64,000 nt of DNA, taken from an uncultured Chlamydiales bacterium. GTDB lineage: Bacteria; Chlamydiota; Chlamydiia; Chlamydiales; FEN-1388. Positions within the stretch are counted from its first letter, which is position 1, and the number at the start of each line of letters is the position of its first letter. Where the stretch lies: assembly GCA_963785335.1 (NCBI GenBank), contig CAWAUW010000002.1, positions 168,952 to 232,951 on the forward strand, in the 5' to 3' direction. Both the position numbers and the translations under genes were made by a program. Positions 1-9,061 of this stretch are shown here, piece after piece. The notes below the pieces were generated by a model. That model searched no databases. It was not told the origin of the DNA and worked only from the letters and a program-made list of their open reading frames with translations.

Positions 1-100
1 TAGTTTCAGCTGTTGATCCAGCAAAAGCTGCATGATGCTGTGAGATGATCGCTGCGCTGCAGATTCCGAGTGCAATACTTTTACGTAAGTTTTTTTTCAT
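1..100 (-). CDS. 5' end of a secreted/periplasmic protein gene that runs off the window start
   Basis: ATG at 98-100 (minus strand) gives MKKNLRKSIALGICSAAIISQHHAAFAGSTAE, a typical signal peptide. The frame stays open to position 1. Confidence 0.4.
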   Translation of the reverse strand, partial: MKKNLRKSIALGICSAAIISQHHAAFAGSTAET

Positions 101-240
101 TTTGACCCTCAAAAAGGTTTTTTTTATTAAAACCACATCTATCAGCATTGTATATTTCTATGCAAGCATCCCTTAACAAAAGAACGCTTTATGAGAGTAT
201 CAGCAGAATCTGACAAGATAAATAGTTAAAAGGCTTTTAA

Positions 241-383
241 ATGATAATAATGATAAAACGATAGGAACGATAAAAAAAATACAAATACAATTTAACCGCA
301 GAGCAAAAACCGAGAATGCAGAGGAAATACAGAGTAAAAAATACAAAATTTTATTTTTTTTTATCGTTATTATCGTTTTATAT
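241..383. repeat. Imperfect palindrome with TATCGTT-word arms (family F1)
   Basis: Left arm 241-279 (AATGATAAAACGATAGGAACGATAAAAAAAA) is the approximate reverse complement of right arm 353-383 (TTTTTTTTTATCGTTATTATCGTTTTATATT). The centre carries an AACCGCAGAG...CCGAG...GCAGAGG word run that is also seen at 41984-42030. Confidence 0.8.
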
Positions 384-425
384 TACTGTGCCAGATCCTA
401 TTGACACAATTAACCATCAAAAGCA

Positions 426-1919
426 TCACTCTGCAATTTTTGAGCCAAAGAATGAACCTCTTGTTTTAAGAGACGGTGTATACTTAGCCAGTACACCCGA
501 TAAATGATCTTCTTTTCCGGGAAATAGTGTAAAATCCTCAGGCGGCTTTACTCCACTAAGCATACATAGTTTAGTTTTTAATGTAAGGTCTGATGCATAC
601 TTAATTAAGTTTGCAGCTATCTCGGGAAGAGTCTCGTCTGTTTCAACTATGCGGGCCAAAGCCTTGCAAAGCTCTCTTTGCCGAAGCATTACAAGTTCTG
701 CTTCATTTTTGTCCCAAGTTAATGAAGTATGCCTAAAATCTCGGGGTGTTTTTCCTCGAAACAACGGATCAGCATTAGGGTGCAATCCATCGGTACAACC
801 TAAAATTATATCCTCAGGTTCAAGGTCGGCTATGGCAATAGCAATATTTCGCCAGTCGGCACCATCAGGGCTCAGACGACCACCGCAATCTCTTGGATCA
901 TCAGATGCCAGAGTGCCGCCTGATGTTACATCAATACAATCAAGTATTCCGGCAGTAGATTTGCGGAAAATAAAAACCTTGGCATCGCCTAACGAAGTTA
1001 CAACTAACTTTGTATCAACAATAGTAGCAAGAGTGATTGTTGTATCGCCAATATCTTCAGATTTCAGCTTATTTAAATCAGTTTGAATCTTTCTTTCTTG
1101 CTCATAAAAGAGTTTTTTCTTTACTAGTTCAACTTGGGCTTCTTTCAAAATATTCAAATGAACAAGTGCTACATCTTTTGTCGTCAGCTCAGATTTCCAC
1201 TTAAATTTTTCAGTCAATATTTTTTGTGCATAAGTAGCTACTAATTCACTTGCAGCTTTTGCTTTTTTTCCCCAGCCACATCCGTCTGCCACAACAAAGC
1301 TCTGATATCCTTTTTTACGATTGGTAGCCCTTACTGTGTCTGCAAAAATAGCTGAAATAGGATTTTGAAATATTTGCGAATTTTGGATATGTACACGCTC
1401 TGCAAAAATTTCGACCTCTTCACCTGGCTGCACACAAAAAACAATCTTATCATCTCGCTTCATGACATGTGATTCAGGAACGCCGTAATTATTATGTTCA
1501 AAACAAACAGGTGCTTCACCAACAGTACGTTTTAATGAAACTTTGAACTCAGGAACTCGTGCAAACAAGTCCTTAAAAAGAGCTTCCTGATTTTGGCTTA
1601 CCAATTTTACTTGCTTTGGGATTGAAAGCTGCTCGGCTTGTGGTGGAAAAGCAGCTACCTGCACATCAAAAGAAACTCTTGGGGATGGCATGGGCTCTGA
1701 CATACGACGTTGCATATATTCTAAAGAACGACGTGGCGTTGCGACAAGATCGGCTGCACTATCCTGAAGTTGTCGTCTTGCAACTGACGCAGTGTCAGCT
1801 CGCGGAGTATCATAGCAAATTACTTGAGAATCAGTAGAATCCGAATCATCTTTTTCTGCAATATTCACACTACTAAAATCACGACATAAGTTTAATAAAC
1901 CATTTACTGTTGGTTCCAT
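426..1919 (-). CDS. PP2C-like Ser/Thr phosphatase domain protein with an unassigned ~200-aa N-terminal region
   Basis: 497-aa ORF. Motifs FVVADGCGWGKKAKAASELVA (PP2C ADGMGG-like), GDAKVFIFRKS and ILGCTDGLHPNADP (CSDGL-like). Confidence 0.6.
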   Translation of the reverse strand: MEPTVNGLLNLCRDFSSVNIAEKDDSDSTDSQVICYDTPRADTASVARRQLQDSAADLVATPRRSLEYMQRRMSEPMPSPRVSFDVQVAAFPPQAEQLSIPKQVKLVSQNQEALFKDLFARVPEFKVSLKRTVGEAPVCFEHNNYGVPESHVMKRDDKIVFCVQPGEEVEIFAERVHIQNSQIFQNPISAIFADTVRATNRKKGYQSFVVADGCGWGKKAKAASELVATYAQKILTEKFKWKSELTTKDVALVHLNILKEAQVELVKKKLFYEQERKIQTDLNKLKSEDIGDTTITLATIVDTKLVVTSLGDAKVFIFRKSTAGILDCIDVTSGGTLASDDPRDCGGRLSPDGADWRNIAIAIADLEPEDIILGCTDGLHPNADPLFRGKTPRDFRHTSLTWDKNEAELVMLRQRELCKALARIVETDETLPEIAANLIKYASDLTLKTKLCMLSGVKPPEDFTLFPGKEDHLSGVLAKYTPSLKTRGSFFGSKIAE

Positions 1920-2019
1920 AGTGCTAATCCTTTGAAAAAGGGGACTATTTTAGAGTGCATAAGCAATAAAAAACCACTATTTTTTAACATAAACTTATTT
2001 TTACAAATGTATAAATTTT

Positions 2020-2277
2020 TTAATTAATGCTTTCGTGACGGGCACGGCTGACGCGAATTGGTCGGTCAATAAAGTTATAATTATCTAATTTTTCGATGGC
2101 ATGCAGGCAGGCCGCATCATCAGCAAGTTCTACAAAACCAAAACCTTTTGCGCGCCCAGTATAAGCGTCTGTAACTATACGAACAGAAAGAACTTCCCCA
2201 AAGGGCACAAAAAGTTCTTTTAAGGCATCATCTGTTGTGTTCCATGATAAATTTCCTATAAAAACTTTAGATGACAT
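2020..2277 (-). CDS. RRM-type (RNP-1) RNA-binding protein
   Basis: 85 aa. RNP2 motif VFIGNL and RNP1 motif KGFGFVEL. Size is typical of bacterial Rbp proteins. Confidence 0.9.
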   Translation of the reverse strand: MSSKVFIGNLSWNTTDDALKELFVPFGEVLSVRIVTDAYTGRAKGFGFVELADDAACLHAIEKLDNYNFIDRPIRVSRARHESIN

Positions 2278-2303
2278 TTGTTATTCTCTTTAATTTAAAA
2301 CAT

Positions 2304-2344
2304 AAGAGCCTCTTGCAAAACTCGGGGCTTGGCAAGAGGCTCTT
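2304..2344. promoter_or_regulatory. Perfect 13-bp-stem hairpin in the divergent rbp/kdsB control region
   Basis: AAGAGCCTCTTGC (2304-2316) pairs with GCAAGAGGCTCTT (2332-2344) across a 15-nt loop. No flanking T-run, so it is not a canonical terminator. Confidence 0.35.
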
Positions 2345-2425
2345 AACTTACATTTTGCTGAATTATTCCATACAATGCTATTTTGCACTCATACTTTTTT
2401 TCGAAAAGCTGTATACTCTTTGCCA

Positions 2426-3187
2426 ATGAAAAAAAATGTAATTGCCATTATACCCGCTCGCTATGCATCCAGCCGTTTTCCCGGAAAAATGCTTGCTCCT
2501 ATTATGGGAAAATCCCTGCTTCAACGTACCTATGAGCGTGTAAAGGCTTCCTCCTCTGTTGATAGTATTCTTATTGCTACAGATGAACAGTGCATTAAAG
2601 AGCATGTTGAAGGCTTTGGCGCATCTTGCATAATGACACGACTTGATCATCCTACAGGCACCGATCGCATCATCGAAGTGCTCCAAAAGCACCCCGAGCT
2701 TACTAATGCCGACATTATCTTAAATGTGCAAGGTGATGAGCCTTGCATCTGCCCCTCAATGCTTTCGTCGGTATGCCAGGTGTTACTTGATAATCCCGAT
2801 GAAAAAATGGCAACGGTTGCTGTAAAAATAACCAATCCTGATGAAATCAACAGCCCCTCAATTGTAAAGTGCGTTATGGACAAGCACGATCATGCGCTTT
2901 ATTTTAGCCGCAGCCCCATTCCAGGTATAAAGCCGCTGGGAACACATTTACCTTTTTACTACAAACACATGGGTATTTACGCCTTTCGCAAAGAATTTCT
3001 TTTAGAATACGGCAAGATGGCGCAAACTCCCCTTCAGCTTGTAGAAGACTTAGAGCAGCTTAAAGTACTTGAAGCTGGATATAAAATTAAAGTGATCTAC
3101 GCAGATGCAAGTCATCCCGCTGTAGATATTCCCGAAGACATTCAACGCGTTACAGAGTGGTTATGCACCCAAAATTCATTTTTATAA
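2426..3187 (+). CDS. kdsB: 3-deoxy-manno-octulosonate cytidylyltransferase (CMP-KDO synthetase)
   Basis: [21 protein letters not shown] and NVQGDEP motifs. The internal ATG at 2426 is preferred over the extended ORF start at 2375. Confidence 0.9.
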   Translation: MKKNVIAIIPARYASSRFPGKMLAPIMGKSLLQRTYERVKASSSVDSILIATDEQCIKEHVEGFGASCIMTRLDHPTGTDRIIEVLQKHPELTNADIILNVQGDEPCICPSMLSSVCQVLLDNPDEKMATVAVKITNPDEINSPSIVKCVMDKHDHALYFSRSPIPGIKPLGTHLPFYYKHMGIYAFRKEFLLEYGKMAQTPLQLVEDLEQLKVLEAGYKIKVIYADASHPAVDIPEDIQRVTEWLCTQNSFL

Positions 3188-4770
3188 CTGGGGGCGTAGT
3201 CTCCTCCCTTGGCAAGGGTATTGCCGCATCAAGTTTAGGTCTTTTGCTTGAACGTAAAGGCTTTAAAGTAGCCATGATGAAACTTGATCCCTACCTAAAC
3301 GTAGATCCTGGCACCATGAGCCCATTTCAGCATGGCGAGGTTTATGTAACCGATGACGGGGCAGAGACCGACCTTGATCTTGGCCACTACTTTCGCTTTA
3401 CACACTCCCCTCTTTCTAAAAAATCAAGCGTTAGCTCTGGCCAGATTTATTACGAAGTAATCAGGCGCGAAAGAAAGGGTGATTATCTTGGTAAAACTGT
3501 GCAGGTAATACCGCATGTTACTGATGAAATTAAGCGCCGCATCATAGACTGCGCAGAAAATAGCGACATAATTATCGTTGAAATTGGTGGCACTGTTGGT
3601 GATATTGAATCACTGCCATTTCTTGAGGCCATTCGTCAGATGCGCTATGAAAAGGCAGCTTCTTGTTTAAATATTCACGTAACATATGTACCTTTTATTA
3701 AAGCCGCAGGTGAAGTCAAAACTAAGCCTACACAGCACTCTGTGCAGGTACTTCGCCAAATTGGCATATCACCTGATATTATTTTGTGCCGCTCAGAATC
3801 TTCACTTTCAAGTGACGTTAAAGAAAAAATTAGCTTATTTTGCAATGTGCGCGAAGATGCCGTCATAGAATGCACCGACGTAGAACACAGCATCTACGAA
3901 GTACCGCTCACACTTCATGCACAAGGCATCGAAGAAAAAGTATGCCAGATGCTGCAGCTGCCATCCAACCCCATAAATCTGCAAAGCTGGCAAAATCTCG
4001 TAGAAACTATACGCCATCCAAAGGGCATTATAACTGTTGGCATTGTAGGAAAGTATGTACAACACCAAGATGCCTATAAATCAGTCTTTGAAGCTCTGCA
4101 TCATGGCGCCTTTGCCAATGGCTATAAAATCGAAATTAAGCGTATTGAATCTGATCGCTTTGATGAAAATGGTTCATTTCCGGACTGGGCGCATGGCTGT
4201 GATGGCTATTTAGTACCTGGCGGTTTTGGCGATAGAGGCTGGTACGGAAAAATATCATGCGCAAAATACTGCCGCGAAAACAAAATCCCCTATTTCGGCA
4301 TATGCCTCGGCATGCAGGTAATGGTTGTGGAATTTGCCCGGCATGCTCTTGGCTTAGAGCGTGCAGATTCTACCGAAATGGATGAAAGTACACCTCATCC
4401 CATAATTTCACTTCTTGAAGAGCAAAGACTTGTTACAGATCGTGGAGGCACCATGCGTCTTGGCGCCTATCCTTGCGTTTTAAAGCAAGGAAGCCTGGCT
4501 CATAAGGCCTACGGCAAAAATGCTATATCAGAACGACATCGCCATCGCTATGAGCTCAACAACAAATACCAGGATAGTTTAGAAAATGGCGGACTTAACA
4601 TAAGCGGCACCTATGAAGAGGGCAATTTATGCGAAATTGTAGAGGTAAAAGACCATCCTTGGATGGTTGGAGCACAGTTTCATCCGGAATTTGCATCAAA
4701 ACCACTTGAGCCGCATCCACTATTTCGCGATTTTGTAAAGGCTATGATCCAAGGCAAGCCCTCATGCTAA
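3163..4770 (+). CDS. pyrG: CTP synthase
   Basis: [14 protein letters not shown]-terminus and GICLGMQ glutaminase cysteine motif. ATG at 3163. Overlaps the kdsB 3' end by 25 nt. Confidence 0.95.
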   Translation: MHPKFIFITGGVVSSLGKGIAASSLGLLLERKGFKVAMMKLDPYLNVDPGTMSPFQHGEVYVTDDGAETDLDLGHYFRFTHSPLSKKSSVSSGQIYYEVIRRERKGDYLGKTVQVIPHVTDEIKRRIIDCAENSDIIIVEIGGTVGDIESLPFLEAIRQMRYEKAASCLNIHVTYVPFIKAAGEVKTKPTQHSVQVLRQIGISPDIILCRSESSLSSDVKEKISLFCNVREDAVIECTDVEHSIYEVPLTLHAQGIEEKVCQMLQLPSNPINLQSWQNLVETIRHPKGIITVGIVGKYVQHQDAYKSVFEALHHGAFANGYKIEIKRIESDRFDENGSFPDWAHGCDGYLVPGGFGDRGWYGKISCAKYCRENKIPYFGICLGMQVMVVEFARHALGLERADSTEMDESTPHPIISLLEEQRLVTDRGGTMRLGAYPCVLKQGSLAHKAYGKNAISERHRHRYELNNKYQDSLENGGLNISGTYEEGNLCEIVEVKDHPWMVGAQFHPEFASKPLEPHPLFRDFVKAMIQGKPSC

Positions 4771-5210
4771 AAGGAAGAATTCTTGCAGTAGATTTTGGGT
4801 TAAAACGTATTGGTCTTGCCATAAGTGATCCCCTTTTTATTATCGCCACAGCACTTGATAATTTAGAAGCGGGCTATAACCTTAAAGCAAGTGTACAGGC
4901 CCTTATTAATCATATCGAAAAACTTAAAACTGAAAAAAATTATAACGTTGCAGAAATTGTTGTAGGCCTTCCATTGCATATGAATGGCACCGAATCTGAA
5001 CGAAGCGGCCAAGTTCGCGAATTTGCCGCCCTTGTTCATGCAGCAACTAACCTTAAGGTCCATCTCTTTGACGAACGCCTAAGCACCGTGCAAGCTGATC
5101 GAACCCTTATTGAAACAGGCTTTTCCCGCAAGAAACGTGCTCAGGTAGTTGATAGAGTCTCAGCTGTAATCATGCTGCAAACCTATCTTACACAAAGAGC
5201 GCCCCAATGA
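4764..5210 (+). CDS. ruvX: YqgF/RuvX-family putative Holliday junction resolvase / pre-16S rRNA nuclease
   Basis: [18 protein letters not shown]-terminal motif, 148 aa. Overlaps the pyrG stop. Confidence 0.85.
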   Translation: MLKGRILAVDFGLKRIGLAISDPLFIIATALDNLEAGYNLKASVQALINHIEKLKTEKNYNVAEIVVGLPLHMNGTESERSGQVREFAALVHAATNLKVHLFDERLSTVQADRTLIETGFSRKKRAQVVDRVSAVIMLQTYLTQRAPQ

Positions 5211-6124
5211 CAAATTTTGACTTGAACTGGTGGATCTGGTTTAATGTTTTAATTTTTGCACTACTTGCTCTTGATCTAAAGTATATTAAAAAAACTAAAC
5301 CAAGCCATTCTTTAGCAATAACTGCCGCCTGGGTAAGTATAGCAGGCTTATTTGCAGTTTTGTTGTATTATCTAAAGGGATCGCAACTAGCACTTGAGTT
5401 TGTAACGGGCTATTTAATTGAAGAATCGCTCAGCATTGATAATCTATTTGTTTTCTTAATTATTTTTCAGCATTTTCATGTGCCAAACAAATGGCAACAA
5501 AAAATTTTAATGTACGGCATTATCGGCGCTATGGCTATGCGCCTTATTTTTATCATAGCAGGAATATCCCTCATCCAGATGGCTCACTGGATACTTTTAG
5601 TTTTTGGCGCTTTTTTAATTGTCACCGGCATCATGATGTTAAAGAAGCCCAAAAAACCCAAAGAAATAGATCAACCAAAGCAGCCTTTTATCGTTAGGCT
5701 CTTAAAAAAAATAATTCCTTTTACCGATTCATGGGACTCTAAAAACTTTTTAGTGCGCCTTAATGGTAAACTTTTTGCCACGCCCGCCCTGCTTGTTTTA
5801 TGCACCATAGAAACTACCGATCTTGTTTTTGCACTTGATTCAATTCCTGCTGTTTTTGCGATTACCCTTGATCCTTTTATTGTTTATAGCTGTAATGCCT
5901 TAGCAATTGTTGGCCTCAGATCGATCTTTTTTGTACTTAAAGACCTTATTGAAGTTTTTGAATACCTGCATTATGGCATAAGCATCCTTTTAATTTTTGT
6001 CGGCACAAAGATGCTGATTGAACCCGTCTATCACATCACCACTGGCACATCACTTGCAATGATCGGTACTATCTTGCTTATTTCAATTTTAGCAAGCTAT
6101 GTTCCTCATAAAAAAGGAAGCTAA
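5207..6124 (+). CDS. TerC-family integral membrane protein
   Basis: 305 aa and multi-TM. EESLSIDNLFVF and TDLVFALDSIPAVFAIT motifs are typical of TerC/Alx. Confidence 0.8.
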   Translation: MTNFDLNWWIWFNVLIFALLALDLKYIKKTKPSHSLAITAAWVSIAGLFAVLLYYLKGSQLALEFVTGYLIEESLSIDNLFVFLIIFQHFHVPNKWQQKILMYGIIGAMAMRLIFIIAGISLIQMAHWILLVFGAFLIVTGIMMLKKPKKPKEIDQPKQPFIVRLLKKIIPFTDSWDSKNFLVRLNGKLFATPALLVLCTIETTDLVFALDSIPAVFAITLDPFIVYSCNALAIVGLRSIFFVLKDLIEVFEYLHYGISILLIFVGTKMLIEPVYHITTGTSLAMIGTILLISILASYVPHKKGS

Positions 6125-7267
6125 TGTCCTATTTGCATGTACTAAATCTTGATACTATTGGCGGGGTCGAAGAGCTTTTTGTGCATTTTCTTGTCCACGC
6201 CAAAAAGCTATCTTCTAAAAAGCAAAATGTACTTGTCACATCAAATAGGCCTCATCCATTTTTTGAAGAACGGCTAAAAATAGCTGACAGCCTCATTTTA
6301 GAAAAATTTTTAGGTCCAATTAAGCTTCCAAGTTTTGCGCGATCTTGGAAACGAAAACATGCCCTTAAAGCTGCCGATACCACCATTCTCTGGAATCGCA
6401 TGGAAAATTACCCTTGGCCAAAAAGTGCCATAGGGAATGTTATATACTACGAACATGGCGCTTCATGGATTGCTCAAAAAGACAGCTTTAAATTGTGAAT
6501 TCTTTAAAACCCCAGATAAAATTTTAGCAAACTCTCACGCTGCAAAACGTGTTTTAGAGCTAAAGTGGGATATAAAATCCCCCATCACAATTATCGACAA
6601 TCCCCTAAAACCGACTATTCAAGCAGCAATAGCCCCAAAAAAAGCCCCTACACATCTTCGTTTAGGCTTTATTGGCCGCCTCATCCCATTAAAAGGTGTA
6701 TCGCTTATTTTACATGCCCTAACAGCCTTTCAAGCACAAAATGTCAGCCTCACCATTGCAGGAGATGGCCCTGAAAAAGAAGCTCTGATGGCCGAAGCCT
6801 TGCGACTAAATGTGCCGGTAACATTTTTTGGAGCCATAAAAGATGTTTCTGGATTTTATGATGCTATCGATGTTCTTATAGTGCCATCCATACGCGAGCC
6901 CTTGGGCCTTGTAGCCCAGGAAGCAGCCCTCAGAGGCTGCCCAGTAATTGCCGCCAAGGTTGATGGCCTGCCCGAAGTTGTTCTGGATCAACAAACCGGC
7001 TTTTGCATTACCCCAAAGCTCGATATTGCACACTACCACCATTTTGGCGGCAAAAACCACAACCTTCCGGACCTTGTATACGATCCCACAACAGACGCAC
7101 TTACTACCCCAAAATTGATCGATCCCAAAGATCTTGCTGCCGCAATTGCACACCTTATGCAAAACCCTGCCCTTTTTGAACAGCTAAGCCAAAACGCCAT
7201 CACCTTCGCCAAAATGCGTCCTAGCTTCGATCAATACGCCCAAACTCTTTTGTCATTTTTAGGTTAA
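6124..7267 (+). pseudogene. GT-B (GT4-like) glycosyltransferase split by a +1 frameshift near 6480-6500
   Basis: The N-terminal half (6124..6498, frame 1) and C-terminal half (6437..7267, frame 2) overlap. The C-terminal part has REPLGLVAQEAALRGCPVIAAKVDGLPEVV (GT4 E-x7-E region). The combined length of ~380 aa is normal for the family. Confidence 0.65.
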
Positions 7268-7275
7268 AATTTCTT

Positions 7276-7454
7276 GACCGAAGGTCTCTGGGAGTGCTGT
7301 GCTTTTTGCACAGCCCTTAATTTTACAAACACCATAACATCTAAAACGACACCGCGAAAATTAGCCATTTTTTTACTTTGCTGCTTTTATAGTTATGCTT
7401 TTCGTAAAATTAAGGGCGGTGCAAAAAGCACGCGCACTCCAGGGACCTACGGTC
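7276..7454. repeat. Palindromic element, family F2 (CTGGAGT-hairpin-CTTAATTTT arms)
   Basis: Left arm GACCGAAGGTCTCTGGGAGTGCTGTGCTTTTTGCACAGCCCTTAATTTTACA. Right arm CGTAAAATTAAGGGCGGTGCAAAAAGCACGCGCACTCCAGGGACCTACGGTC. The centre is ~75 bp. Confidence 0.85.
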
Positions 7455-7466
7455 AAAAAAATTCAA

Positions 7467-7883
7467 TTACACTTGAGAAAATTGAGAAAGAAGAAAGGCT
7501 AGACGGTTTGTGATGGATTTTTTTAATTCTTCGTCATAGGGCGTTTTAATTGGGTGATCCCAAACAGTTTGGGGCCAGGCGGGATCATGCTCAAAGCGTG
7601 CAATGATGTGAATATGCAGTTGGGGTGTTTTATTGCCTATTGCGGCAACATTAATTTGGGTAGGCTTGAATTCATTCCATAGTATGTTTTGAACAAAATC
7701 CATTTCTTGTAAGAGCTGCAGCTGATCATCTGGTGATAAATCAATAATGCGTGAGACATTCGCTCGTCTTGGCACCAGAAACAGCCAAGGATAGTGCTGG
7801 TTATCTTCTAAAAGCACATGACAAAGCGGTAAATCAACAATGTGCGTTTTTTTTTGCAAGTTTTGATGGAGTGTAAAGCTCAT
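7467..7883 (-). CDS. HIT-family (histidine triad) nucleotide hydrolase/transferase
   Basis: PQLHIHIIARF histidine-triad motif, 138 aa. Confidence 0.8.
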   Translation of the reverse strand: MSFTLHQNLQKKTHIVDLPLCHVLLEDNQHYPWLFLVPRRANVSRIIDLSPDDQLQLLQEMDFVQNILWNEFKPTQINVAAIGNKTPQLHIHIIARFEHDPAWPQTVWDHPIKTPYDEELKKSITNRLAFLLSQFSQV

Positions 7884-8786
7884 CTATAACCTATTAATAA
7901 AATATGTTGGCATACAAGTCTTAGATAACTCCTGCATTGCGCGCTGTAATCCTTTGCGAGCAACAACATCTGCCATATTGCCGGTTTGTAGTATAAGAGC
8001 AGAGCCCATTCCAGCCTGCAGGGCACCGCAAATGTCCGTTTCAGGAGTATCGCCTACCATTAAAATCTGCTTTGGATCTGAAATTTTATGCTTATTAAAT
8101 TCTTCTAGGGCAAATGAGTAGACTCTCATATGCGGTTTACCAATGAAGTAGACTTTTCCACCCATTTCTTCGTACATTTTGGCTATTGTGCCTTGTCTAA
8201 CAACTGCACGAGGCGGTTTTCCTTCATGAGCAAATTGATCGGGATTAGGGCAAAGCATAGGAAGGTTTGTCTTTAGAGCCTCTTGCAGATCACTTCTAAA
8301 TACCTCGGGATCTGTTTGATCTTCGCCATTTTTATGTGGCACTGAAATATAGATAAAATCGGCATTTTGGCAATCCGCACTTTCCTGGTAGACACTATTT
8401 TCAAAAATAGCTTTATGAGATGCAAATTTTGGATGTACTCCGCCAAACAGCCAATAGGTATTATTTGGGGTTTTAAAGCCTAAGTCTTGCTTTAAAACTG
8501 CATGTCGAACAACTTCCCCGGATGTTAAGAGAAAGTGAAAATGACGTCCTAAAAGAAGTCCGTGTTGTTTTAATTTGTCTATTTCTTTAGCTGCAGCTTG
8601 AGTAGAATTTGATAGAATACCAACGATTTTGCCATCTGCTACTAATTGCTCCATGACCTCTGGTGATCCCGAAAGTATTCCATGGTCATTACCACCCCAA
8701 AAAACACCGTATGCATCCAATAAAAGAGCTGGATACTGCGATGAGACAGATAAAACGCCTGAATAAATTTCCTGTGAGGTAATCAT
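7884..8786 (-). CDS. HAD-superfamily (subfamily IIA-like) phosphatase
   Basis: LLLDAYGVFWGG (DxxGV nucleophile motif) and MVGDTPETDICGA (GDxxxTD). Start taken at ATG 8786; the ORF is open to 8876. Its stop abuts the HIT gene start. Confidence 0.6.
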   Translation of the reverse strand: MITSQEIYSGVLSVSSQYPALLLDAYGVFWGGNDHGILSGSPEVMEQLVADGKIVGILSNSTQAAAKEIDKLKQHGLLLGRHFHFLLTSGEVVRHAVLKQDLGFKTPNNTYWLFGGVHPKFASHKAIFENSVYQESADCQNADFIYISVPHKNGEDQTDPEVFRSDLQEALKTNLPMLCPNPDQFAHEGKPPRAVVRQGTIAKMYEEMGGKVYFIGKPHMRVYSFALEEFNKHKISDPKQILMVGDTPETDICGALQAGMGSALILQTGNMADVVARKGLQRAMQELSKTCMPTYFINRL

Positions 8787-8987
8787 GTGTACATTATGAA
8801 ATAAGATCTCATAAAAAACAAGTGTATTGGAAAAATACGGGGCCGGTGGTGGGGTAAAAAGAATCAATGATTTCATAAAGAAACACTATAATCTATTTTA
8901 TCCTCTGAATTTTGCACTCTCTTTTTTATCGTTTTTATCGTTATATCGTTATATCGTTTCAATCTTTGAAATTTGACTTCACCGGAA

Positions 8988-9045
8988 AGTGCCGGCACAA
9001 AATGTATAATATATACAAAAAGTGCTGGCACAAAATGTATAATAT
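8988..9045 (+). promoter_or_regulatory. Tandem 25-bp direct repeat, each copy carrying an extended -10 box (TGTATAAT)
   Basis: AGTGCCGGCACAAAATGTATAATAT at 8988-9012 and AGTGCTGGCACAAAATGTATAATAT at 9021-9045 differ by one base. They lie just upstream of the ATPase ATG. Confidence 0.35.
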
Positions 9046-9061
9046 TGCTATATTTATGGAT

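Noticed and set aside
7274-7513. ORFs lying inside repeat elements: 7274..7513, 316..507, 13890..14117, 13966..14304, 41984..42169, 55683..55877, 61711..61893.
   Set aside because: Each is encoded largely by palindromic repeat DNA, often starts at a non-ATG codon, lacks an RBS, and has a low-complexity or odd composition. They are most likely artefacts of open frames in repeats.
8912-9061. N-terminal extensions suggested by the ORF track: 8912 for the ATPase, 2375 for kdsB, 3157 for pyrG, 48953 for tsaD, 50373 for FKBP, 55242 for the aminopeptidase, 33560 for the NadD-like gene, 30075 and 19993.
   Set aside because: The extensions start at TTG/GTG or run through repeat or promoter DNA, and they add non-homologous residues ahead of well-known family N-termini. 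Internal ATGs with RBS-like sequences fit better.
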